From contig RBNJ01000156.1 of assembly GCA_003990765.1 (NCBI GenBank), positions 1 through 38,768 on the forward strand: a DNA stretch of 38,768 nt, read 5' to 3'. Under the pieces are notes generated by a model that saw only the letters and a program-made list of their open reading frames with translations, did no database searches and was not told the DNA's origin. The stretch comes from Jimgerdemannia flammicorona (Eukaryota). Below are positions 12,507 to 23,289 of the stretch, in pieces (position 1 is the stretch's first letter; the number at the start of each line of letters is the position of its first letter). The position numbers were made by a program, and so were the translations under genes.

Positions 12507-12579
12507 GGTGACCACTTTTAAAAAGTTAGTTCTTAGTCATACTAAGCCACCAGAGGTAACATTTTAAAAAGTGGCCACC
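12507..12579. repeat. Imperfect 22-23 bp inverted repeat with inner hairpin
   Basis: GGTGACCACTTTTAAAAAGTTA (12507-12528) versus TAACATTTTAAAAAGTGGCCACC (12557-12579); inner CTTAGT-CAT-ACTAAG. Confidence 0.6.
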
Positions 12580-12599
12580 AGGCAATTGGTCGGCTAGTA

Positions 12600-13758
12600 T
12601 TCTTTTAGTATATGTACAGTCATTTTGTAGTTATTACTTAGTTTCATTATATTCTTAAATTCTTACTTATATTATATTCTTTCTTATATATTATCTTATT
12701 GAGTAAGAATGCTGAAATTATTATATCTTAATAATTTGTAACTTATATATAACTATATTATTCTTAATTATATTACTGATTCTAATATATAAATATATAC
12801 TATTCAGAATAATAAACAATGCTCTTCTTTACTCTTTCTCTAGTATCTACTCCATATTCACATCATTTTCTTCTCTTTATAACAAATTTTATAGATTTTA
12901 ATAATATACTAATAATAATAATTAATATACTTTATATAGTCTATAGTATCCTATATGAATAGATTTCTTATAGTATATATTTTTAGATAATTTTCTAATA
13001 TCAATCTTCTTCACTAATCTATCTGATCTTCTTTTTCTTTTTTTGTATAGTTATTATAAAGACTTCATCTTATTTACTATTTTCTTTCTCTATATCAGAA
13101 AGTACTCCTTTGTTGATATTGATTGAAATTCACATCTTTTGTCCATAGTAGACAATTTATATCTTCTGGACATTTATATCAATTATAGCTCTAACTTTAT
13201 AAAATTACTAATTACTAATGAGAATATTAGAGTTAATAGTATTAGTCATAATTACATCTACCAGAATAGTTACTTCTCTAAACTTGATAGAAATATCTTA
13301 AATCTTTCTCAGAGAGGTGGCTCTTATACTATCTATTATAATAAATACTAATTATATAACTTCTTTGATTTCTCAATCTCAGCAGTTTACTGCTTTCTTA
13401 CTAAAAAGATATTCTTCTACTTTAGTATCAATAATAGTCTCAAGATACTGTCTTTGATCTGGTAGGTAGTATATATAGAGATCTTACAATTAACTTCACT
13501 CTCTTTATCAGAGTTTTCTTGAGTATTATTGGCTTCCACTATCTTCCAGCCTTGATCCTTAACTATTTCAGTAAGTCTGAGTCTCTTTTATTATCTAAAG
13601 ATAGAAATTTCTATTAGCTATCTAAAGGTAGTATTGATATTTTATTAACTAAGATCCTTAAAGATGTTATACTTAAGAATCTTACTCTTTTATAGCTTTT
13701 TCTTTTCTTCTTTACTAATAGAGAAAGTATCTTAAATGATATCTTTAACTACTTGTTT
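12600..13758 (-). mobile_element. Heavily AT-shifted relic of the same gypsy family (end of gag, protease and downstream)
   Basis: ~13080-13545 aligns with ~225-680 and ~13540-13758 aligns with ~2225-2450; left boundary approximate. Confidence 0.85.
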
Positions 13759-14150
13759 GAGCTGAAAAAGAATATGAATCCTATAAGTTAGAATGTCTTG
13801 CAGTCATCTGGGCTGTAGAAAAGTTCCACTACTACCTTGTCAGAAGACACTTCATCATCCAGATGGACCATTCAGCCCTCACCTAGCTGCTGACCACTGG
13901 ACAACCCAAAGGAATCTATATCAGATGGATTATGAAGTTGCAAGCCTATGACATAACCATCATACACTGCTCTGGAAGAACTAATGCCAATGTAGATGCC
14001 CTCTCACAGACACCCCAAAGGACCCCAACCAGCAAATCAACCATGAATAAGGAACTCTACTATGGAATTATCACCTACCTGGGACAGTGAAAGATGCCCC
14101 AACATCTGGAAGAATGGACACAAATGATTATCAACAGAACAAGGATCCTT
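13759..14150 (+). pseudogene. Ty3/gypsy RNase H fragment
   Basis: AEKEYESYKLECLAVIWAVEKFHYYLVRRHFIIQMDHSALT*LL...RWIMKLQAYDITIIHCSGRTNANVDALSQ matches the gypsy RNase H motif pattern. Confidence 0.9.
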
Positions 14151-15118
14151 GTCATCTCACACATAACCCAATTCATATGCTCGAGTCGAATCAGTTTTAG
14201 TTTTGGTCCCATATACTGGACACACTCAGTATCCCAGTTTCAATGCTGCATGTATCCGTAGGTATATTAGACTCATATTTACATTATGTCCACTTAACAA
14301 CTTGGCAACTTAGTCGTTGCGATCAATCACTTTTGGTCATGCAATAAATGGCCTTTTCGCGTACTCAACGCGAATGGCGGTTCTGTATGCATCCAACCAA
14401 GCCAAACACACTTACACTCCTTTCAAGCCTCCACCACGCGAAGGGTCACTTTGATGTTGGTTTACCACTGACACTGCCGTATCGCGAATCCCATATTCAT
14501 TTTACACGATTGCCACATTTATTCTAATTTCCATTAGCAAGCGCAATGATTCCTAGGTGTACACTTGCTGTTAAAGTTTCTGTACACCGAGTTTTTGCCT
14601 TACATTTATTGTCCCGTCCCAAACAGAACAAATGACATGAACAAAAAATTGCTTGGCCCGGTAATACTTTTTCTGAGTACTTAGCTCCACCGTGCCCTCC
14701 TTCTTGGCGCTTGCGAATCATCCCGCTGCCACAAGACCGAATTAAGTGAACACTTATCTTCCTATTTCGACGTCAATGAAGCGTTGCTGTACGTTTGGTT
14801 ATCTGTGGGTTTCTGGCTCGTAGAACTGCGACCCCCTTGGTTTCGTTAGGGGGTATTTGAAACCGACGGTAATGTCCTATTAATCGATGCATATTCCTGT
14901 AATTATTCGGAGAGGACACCATGGAACGTAACAGCTCGAAAATTTCGATGAGATTTAAACTAGATATGGGGAGTGCGAGAAAAACAAATGAAAAGGTTGT
15001 ATATGATTTTGAGGTAAGGAGCGACTAACCAAGGTCTACGGCTACAAAGTGTGGCTACAACTCGTTCCAAAAAACCATCTTTAGGTGTCAAGTTGTCGTC
15101 TCGTAAAAAACGAAATAG

Positions 15119-15526
15119 CTAGATGTTCCGGCTCAGCAAGGGGATGTACATGTCTTCATGCTCCGTTCTCAAATGCTCGTACAGCGTACTGACGCTGTGA
15201 TACACGAAAGCGCAATACAGACATTCGAACTGCCCCTTCAACGGGCGTAAGGTCGTGGTGGTACAATATGTAAAATGGACCGTGAGTGCGTCCGTTGCGA
15301 AAATCCCATCGCACGACCAGCACTTCACGGGAGAGGCCTCGCAGGTCCGAAAGTGCTCGTCCAGCTGCTTCCGAAGAAGTATGGCGCAGCAGCAGCACTT
15401 GACGGGCAAGAACCCGGGGCAATTTTCACCCTCGAGGTGGCTTTCAAGGTGATTTATTGATTCGAACGTCGCGGCACAGTTTATGCAGCTGACCCTCGGT
15501 GATTCGGGCGAGCTCGGAGTCGACAT
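15119..15526 (-). CDS. Small multi-zinc-finger protein (C2H2 plus C2HC/TRAF-like fingers), 135 aa from first ATG; may extend upstream via another exon
   Basis: CINC-x12-HLESH; CCCCAILLRKQLDEHFRTC; CWSC...HFTYC; CLYC-x12-HLRTEH; reading frame stays open upstream to ~15630. Confidence 0.75.
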   Translation of the reverse strand: MSTPSSPESPRVSCINCAATFESINHLESHLEGENCPGFLPVKCCCCAILLRKQLDEHFRTCEASPVKCWSCDGIFATDALTVHFTYCTTTTLRPLKGQFECLYCAFVYHSVSTLYEHLRTEHEDMYIPLLSRNI

Positions 15527-18394
15527 GTCTCCTTTGGAGGGCGAAGGTGGACGGGAGGGGATGGCGAGAGTGCCGGTTCTGGAATTCGAAGTCGTAGGGT
15601 TTAAATTCACGCTCAGAATTTTAGGGTGGATTCTCCTTTATGTAATTATGAAAACGTCATACATGCACGATGACAGTCCCAAATGAACTGTGTCGAACTG
15701 TAGCATGGCATGTCAGGGCCTTTGTATCAGCTGGAGCAATCTGAATTGAAAAATAAATAAATCCGACACGCGGCTTTCAGATGTCAAACCTAATTTGTCA
15801 TTTAATCGTACAGCACGTGGCTCAAAAAGAAGTATATCATTACGTGCTTTATGAATACCTTGCACATTTGCCGTTTGCACGCTTTGGTTAGAACCTACAT
15901 TCATTCAAAAACCGTACCGTTTTGTCGAAGATGACGTGCTGTCAATCGATCTCACGAGGAGATTCTCGCGTGAGCCATTTGGATCCTTTTTTCATGCAAT
16001 GTCATAAACTCTACCACGTGCACGGAATTCGTGGGTTTTCTCTAGTTCACCGCCAACTTCACACATACCCATATTCGTTTCAACTAACTATTATAGTATT
16101 CTGCTGCAGGGACCATAAACTGCATCAGCGTCAATGTAGAATTATCGTTCAGCAGCAGTGACTGTCCACAGAAATCATATTTTCCGAAGCCACGGCAGAC
16201 ACTATAGTTCATGCGATATTCATAGAGTGCTCGGAATAAAGGATCGCAGTGGTTGTTTGCACAAATTGGTCAATACATGAGATACCGCTCGGAGGTTAAC
16301 CGTATGATCAAAGCATATATCGAAGGACGCACCAGCGAGCAACGTCGCAAATGGAATAGTGGCTGATATGGCGCTACGTCGTTGCATTCCAACACTTGTA
16401 AAAACAAATCAATCGCCAAACTGACAAAACTTCCACTTTTTCCGCACACTACACCAAAAACAACGGCATCAATCAGCGACTTCGATTAATTCCGTTTGTT
16501 TTAGCGGGGTATTTGCCATATGATGGATGGAATCGATTGATGGATCGACGGGGTTGAAATGCTGAACAGTGTCGATAATTGGCTTGTGAGATCTTTCATG
16601 GGGGCGGGTGGAGTTCAGGGTATAGCTTGAGATGATGGGGGTTCTGACGCGGTCTTTTGTTCCTGATTCATTCTACCTGGAAAGGGTGCCATTTTTGAGA
16701 GAGATAAGGAGGTCACGTTCAATCATGACAAGTATGCATTGCTTGCTCCTTTCCGCGCTGCATATGCTGGTTCATGAACTTCTAAACCTTCAAACACGAA
16801 GTGACTTAACCCCTCCCACTTTTTCCTCCTTGAAACGTCAATATTCGCGTTTCAGACGACTGTAGAGCAAGGGTGGTATGATTGACCGAGATTTTGCAAC
16901 TGCGCTGGAAAATAAGCTAATCCTTTATTCGATGCTAAAAACGAGGGTAATATATACATAATGCGAGAGAAATAATCCCGAGGGCCAGCCACTAAAACAA
17001 GCTACCGTTGAACAATAGTTGAAACACCCCCAATTTTAGCTCAGCAATCCCACTACGTATATATTCCCCAGCATGTCCCTTTTTTCAATCGCACCGTGTA
17101 ATACTCAGATGCCTCCCTCCATTGAACGGTCTTACTTGCCTCGTCATGCAGGTCACACATTGCGTTAGGATAACCACACATTCGGGCATGCAGGTGAGCT
17201 GACACGCCTGGTAGGTTGATGTCGCCTGTACGACGATATGAGACGACGACGTATGAGACGGTATGGTAGGTACCAACCACCAAAGAAGAGAATCAAACAT
17301 GGCCATGAAAGTATGTGTGGATCGAACAAGAGTTTATCGGAAGCGCCTGGTTATCCGCCAGTCTGTTGTCCTCTCTCGCATATCGGATCGGAGTTGGAAA
17401 TCCTGGTAAAACTGACGTTTAATATATTGATCCGTTCCCTCATCACCTCTAAGCTAAAGCCGAAGCACAAACCCGCTTCGCAACCTAGCCGACCTCAAGA
17501 AGCTCGTCGAAGAGGCGAAGAGACGAAAGCGCTGATATCTTGTTCTCATTACTTTTTTTGCCTCCTGTCGAATTGCCTCAACGAGCCTGTGACCAGAATC
17601 CGCCTTCGTTAATCACACCTCAGTTGTCTCTCCCGAGCGCGACGTCCATGCACAGGCCTTCAATCAAGCGTTCCCCGATGTGGTGCCGAGGCCGAGCAGC
17701 GTATGCAGAGGTCAGGGTCGCTATTGTCCGGTTTCCAAGGTGCGGGACGCTGCTGAGAGGGTTGTAGAAAGGTGCGGGTGGAGGTTACTGGGGAGTATCG
17801 GTGGGCAGAGGGGGCACAAGTAAATGGGTGGCGCGGGTTTGTGAATAAGTGAATATAAAGACCAAGCTTGTGTGATTGAGGCGTAGGTTTAGCATTAGCG
17901 AGAGAATTTCGCCAATAAATCCGTTTTCAGGGACACTGTCAGATTAGGAAACACGACCCCTTTCCCTCTTTGTCCCAACGGCCAGGCATGTGTATGTGCT
18001 TCTATGGAATTCGTCTACCTCTTTTCTGTTTTGGTTACATTATATCCTCTTTTAGCCGTCTACGACTCACTCTACGTAACGCATCCTAGAGTCGATTTCA
18101 CATGACGTCATATGGATCTCAAGGCGGAATGGACTTCTCTCAGGCGTTCTTCTCTCGGAGTCGTGTTCACGGTCACGTGTACACTAAGCGCCACACGCCA
18201 ATCAGTAACTAATTATGTCCGCACTAGCACCGTGGGTAGGAAAATCCATCCTCCATAAATACTCTTTTCTGTCATCGACAATACATTCTCAAACCCTACA
18301 TCGTCCCAAAACCCAACAAGGTACATACATATATCTCTTCCTTGCGTAGCCCGATATACCTCCTCACCTAACCCACCACCATCCAGAAGCGAAC

Positions 18395-18720
18395 ATGCCC
18401 CTAAAACTCTCGGCCGCCAACAACCACCCCATCGGCTCCAAACCCACCGCCACGCTGGGCCGTCTGCGGGCTATCCGCAAGGTTCCAGTCGAAGTGATGC
18501 CGCTCATGCTCGTCGTCGGCGCCGGTTTGTCAGGTGTGTAATGCGGTGCAGTGGTTTTATAGAAACAGATCTCACCATTTTTATTTTATTTTTTACGATA
18601 CTAATTTCTTGCGATTATTTGTTTCTACCAGGCGGCCTGTATGCCTTGGGACACAAGTGGCACACCGACCCGTCGCTCAGGCATCGGGAGTCGTGGTTTC
18701 AACAGCGAAGAGGAGATTGA
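18395..18720 (+). CDS. NDUFA4/MLRQ (B12D)-like small single-TM mitochondrial protein, join(18395..18533,18632..18720), 75 aa
   Basis: Spliced product ...IRKVPVEVMPLMLVVGAGLSGGLYALGHKWHTDPSLRHRE...; GT-AG intron 18534-18631 with CTAAT branch site; P-x-E-x-x-P-L, TM, TDP-x-LR pattern. Confidence 0.75.
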
Positions 18721-19217
18721 GCGGGGAGTCCAGAATTACGATGATTTCATGAAAGCATGTTGCTTTACTCTGGTCGTTGAAATGATTGACCGGATTTGTG
18801 TACATATGTTTCCGACGTTGCAATTAGTTAGTATGATTCGCAATCCGAAATTTATATACTGTCTACGGAATAAAGCTGTGTCCTTCTGATATTAAATGGG
18901 GGTGGGGTTACTAGGTTTTTATGACCGTACAGAAGCATCGACGTCATGTAATGTTTGGGTGCTGGCATAATTTTGGCCGGAGATACGAGATATATATATC
19001 AGAATAGATAAATGATACCAATCTGCATACCCAAATTAGTTGACTATCCCTCTTCATGTATTGGTTTGCGGCAAATGCTATATAGATCGCCGGGATCTCC
19101 AAACAAGGGACAGATGCATCAATGTTTGCATGTCGCCACAGAGCATTTTTTGGTCACTTTTAGAACCTGTGATTCGGGGAATTGTTCCCGAGCCGTCGTC
19201 GTCGAGATTGATGCTAG

Positions 19218-22200
19218 TCAGGCTGAGACAATGGCAGCAACCTGGGCGGTGGACGGGTCAAGGCCGAATGCAAGATTGTAAGGAGGAGGTGTTGTGTCCT
19301 GTGAAAGAGTCTTCGCCAAAGAGGATTTAACCATGACGACTTGGTCAACATTTTTGTGGGAGGAAGCGAGACGTTGAGGGTTACTATCAGTAGTCGGATC
19401 TTGCGTGGGGTGATGAAACGTTTCTTGAGCGACCGATAATCTAAGTGACGAGTTTTGGGAGTGGGGAGTCGTTGCATTCCCCTCCTCTCCGATGCTATTC
19501 TGTGACAGATTTAATCTATTGAGAGTTTCGTTGGTTTCAAGTACTTTTGCGCCCTCATCCCCGATATCGTTCAATGACATATCCAACCAGATGAGGGTTC
19601 TGTTGGCTTCGAGGGCCTTTGCGATGGCTTTTGCACCCGCCTCCCCGATGTTGTTTGATGACAGATCCAATAAAATGAGAGGGCTGTTGATTTTGAGAGC
19701 CTTTGCAACGGTTTTTGCTCCCTCCTCTCTGATATTATTTGAGCTTAGATATAATGTAGTGTGAGTTTTGTACTCCCTGATGTCATCCAACAACTTATCC
19801 AATGAGGTGAGAATCTTTTTGGTTTTGAGAAACTTCGCAACGTCCTTTGCGTCCTCCTCCTCGATGTTATCTGACCGTATATCTAATGAGGTGAGAACTT
19901 TGTTTTCTTTAAGGGCATTCTTGACAGCGTTAGAGCACTCCTCCCCGATGTTATTCGACGACAAATACAATGTAGTGATGGTTATGTTGGTTTCGAGAGC
20001 CTTTGCGATGGCCATTGCGCCTTCCCCCCGATGTTATTTGACCGCAGATCTAATGAGGTGAGAGTTTTGTTGGCTTTGAGAGCGTTTGCAACAGCCCTTT
20101 GCGCCCTCGTCCCCAATATATTGGAACGAAAGATCCAATGAGCTTAGAGGAAGATGGATGGCGTGAATCCACGCCGGAGAAACGGAATCACACCCTCGAA
20201 GATCAACCTGTTTTAAAGATGGTTGAATCAAGAGCAAGGCTATATCAAGAGTATTCAAGCCACTGTCGTTGGTCAGGATCACCTCTATCAATCTCGCGGT
20301 GTCCAGTTGAAGATGCCTAAGAATAGGACAGTCGGGCAGATCCAGCCGTTCAAGTAAGGGGGCATGAAGCTGAATCTCCTGCAGATTGGCGCATTATTTC
20401 ATTACCAGACGTTTGAGAGATGGAAATTCCGTTGGAGAGACCTGAGATGGTGTAACTTTGAGAGACGCGGCAGATTTTATCCAGGACGACTTTTTGACAT
20501 TGGCCACAAGGGTAAGTTGCGGGCAGCAACTCAAGTACTCCAAAGCTATACCACAGGCTTTATGAAGTGCTTTAAATCCAGAATTGTTGAAGGCTTGGGC
20601 GCCATGTAGATCGACACTGGTCAAGTGGTGTCTGCGGCCTTGGAACGCTAAGGTGTTGAAATGTTCTCTGGTAAGATAGCGGCTGTTGATAAATTCCAAA
20701 CTTGTGTGAGGGAGCTCGTCAGAGAAGAGGTCTTTGAGGAGCTTTTTTTCGACCTCTGGAGTTTGGATAGACATATCCCACCTCTTGTTTAGCACCCACT
20801 CTCCATGTAAACGCCTCACCAGAGCCTCGTTTTCGGCTTGAATATTTCGGCGCAAGACCTGAAATCTCTCTAAAGCATGCTGTCTATTGTGGTCTGCAAT
20901 GAACGGATAGATGTCAACCTTCAGAATCCTCAGCATCTCTTTGGTATTGATTGAAGAAATAGGGACACTTGTATTGCGGCGTCGATAGAGATCGTTAGTC
21001 ACCGTGCAAAATCTGTCCTTTAATGTTAGCCTTTGATTGAGAACTTGGCCGTAGCTCTTGGCAACATAGGGCTCGAGCTTTCTCAGGAGTTCAATATGGG
21101 TAAGTTGTGGGTTTTGCAAAACCTCCTTTTGCAAACGATGAGCCTTGCAATAAAGATTTTCCATAGAGAGTAAAGGCAGTGGAAGGTGTAAGACTGTGCC
21201 TTTGTTGAACAGTTGTTGTAGTCGATCCTCGGTGAAAAGGCTTTGATAAGCCACGTCAACAGTTTCCAGCTCTTTCATCCAAGTGGTTAAAAATTCGTCG
21301 ATCTCTAATGTGCGAATCTGCTCCCTTACAACTGAAGGCAGCGGATCACACATCTGTGATAAACAGAAAGCCAAGGTTTTGGCTTGCAACTGGGGGACTA
21401 CATTAAAGAAAGTGCCAGCACCTTTGCCTTCATAAAGCACGCCGGGCAGAAAAGCATGGTCGTTGTCAATCGGAATGAGGCGTTCGTTATCAGCGCTGAG
21501 GATAAAGTTGTCTTCCTTGCTGCCTTCAGGGTTGAGCTGCATGGAGGTGACAATAAATCGGCTGGTGAACACTGGATCTAGGTGAGAAAAGATGTTGTCG
21601 TTGTCCCAGATTGTATGAAAAACCTTGCCTCTAACAGCTTGGCTTATGAGGACGGGATAGGAGCCGTTCATGGGGTCATGAAATACAAAGAGCTCGCAAA
21701 ACGGTATTTCTTGAGGATCCCAGCCACGTAAGAAGTGGGCGACGGCATATTCGTAACCTGGAAGTTCCGGATAGGCTTTGAAGTAGAGCTTGGGAATATC
21801 TTGGGGATAAAAGGTAACGGTACTGCGTCCCTTGAGCGTTGTGTCGCCTTGAAATTTTCCCTAGGCGCCTGCTGAGGTCCGGGCTAAGGTGACGCTCGCC
21901 CAGAAATGCGCCTTTTACATTCAACGAAAGTACGCCCCCCGGAGCAGGGCCACGCGGTAAGGCTTGGGTGATAGTGAGGCGCCATGCGAGTTTAGGATTG
22001 TGCGGCAGGAAGAAGTCAAGCATCTGGGCCGACGACAGTGCGACGTCGGCGCCATATTGGAATGAATGGTTTCGCAGGTGTTGTTGGGCCTCTTACAGAG
22101 GTTTACGGCGAGCTCGGAACTGTTGATATGGAGGAAGCCCTCGTTTTATATGAGGTGGAGGTCTTGAAACAGGCGGTCGAAGATAAAAACGTTTGCAGAA

Positions 22201-23289
22201 AATTGATGCCTGTAGCTCTCTAAGACTTGATCAGCCATGCTAATTTTGAGCTGGGGGAAAAATATCTCTTTGAAAAGCAGGGTCTTCGCTCTGTTCTTGA
22301 GAGGTGGCCAATTGCAGTCATTGCCTCACGGTTGTGCCATCGGGGAGATTCGAACTTTCGTTGAGTGAAATAACTGTCGCATCTCCATGATAGAGGTGAT
22401 CGAGAGCCTCCGCAGGTGACCGCAATTTTTTTCGGAGTTCGGCGTAATAGTAACCAAGCAAGGGATCGATCGTATTGAAGATATTTTGGGAAGTTGTAAC
22501 CGGGATTGCCAACGCTTGCTTGAGCTTCTCGAGTATCCGGCCCAGTGTTTGAGGCATTTTGAGGGGTAAATCCAGGTCTTTCCAGAACTCGTCTACTTTC
22601 TCTGTGGCCAAAGGCGGGTGACGATAGGTTAAGGTCGAAAGCAAATTCTTTTCGAGAATTGAATAGTTTTGATTCTTGAGTATCAAGGTATTGACCCAGG
22701 CCAAGAGGACGGCTTCCCGCACTAGGTTTTCGAAGACGATGCGAGTTTTTTGGGGAATGGCAGTCCATCAGGGGTAAGAGGTAGAGGAGGGATTTGTTGT
22801 TGATGTAGCCGTGCTTAATACCAGGAGCGAACACTTCCTCATTATCAATGCTGACAAGACTGCATGTGGAGGCCTCGTAGACGAAGTTGTCAGATTTGCT
22901 GTCGGATGGTTGCGTGAGCAAAGCACCGATGACTATAGATCGGGATTAAGAGCGATCAAGACGTCCTTTCCCTCGTCCTCCATTTGCAGGATCTCTTCCC
23001 AGGAATCCGGCATGAGTGTTTCGGGTGACTTGGGACCGTCTTTGAAAAGTGAATTCCATAGACCCCGTAACCCATCGTCCGTTTGAACATGATGCCAAAG
23101 GGTTTCGAAGAGGGCGTAGTGGACCTGGCGTGGAACATCAGGGTCTGCTTGGGTGACATCGAGGATTTTGTGGGTCAAGGCGTTGGGGTTGGGCGCAGTG
23201 GACTCTGGGGATAAAACCCCAAATAAGCGAGCCTGATCTTCAGGTGTAAGGTGCTGTTGGGCACGGGACTCTCGCTCTTCATGATTCAT
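19218..23289 (-). pseudogene. Disrupted, intronless tandem atypical-kinase (PI3/4-kinase-like) plus LRR protein gene
   Basis: Module 1: IGALLTQPSDSKSDNF...LVSIDNEEVF; module 2: LYFKAYPELPGYEYAV...YPVLISQAVRG...NPEGSKEDNF...LIPIDNDHAF; Cys-type LRRs then ~28-aa RNI-like LRRs (LxxLDLSSNNIGEAGAKAIAKALEAN); at least seven frameshifts or stops (~22935, ~22760, ~22320, ~21862, 20394, ~20098, ~20025). Confidence 0.8.

Noticed and set aside
16600..17820. Several 70-120 aa ORFs on both strands
   Set aside because: No domain motif or consistent frame that I can support
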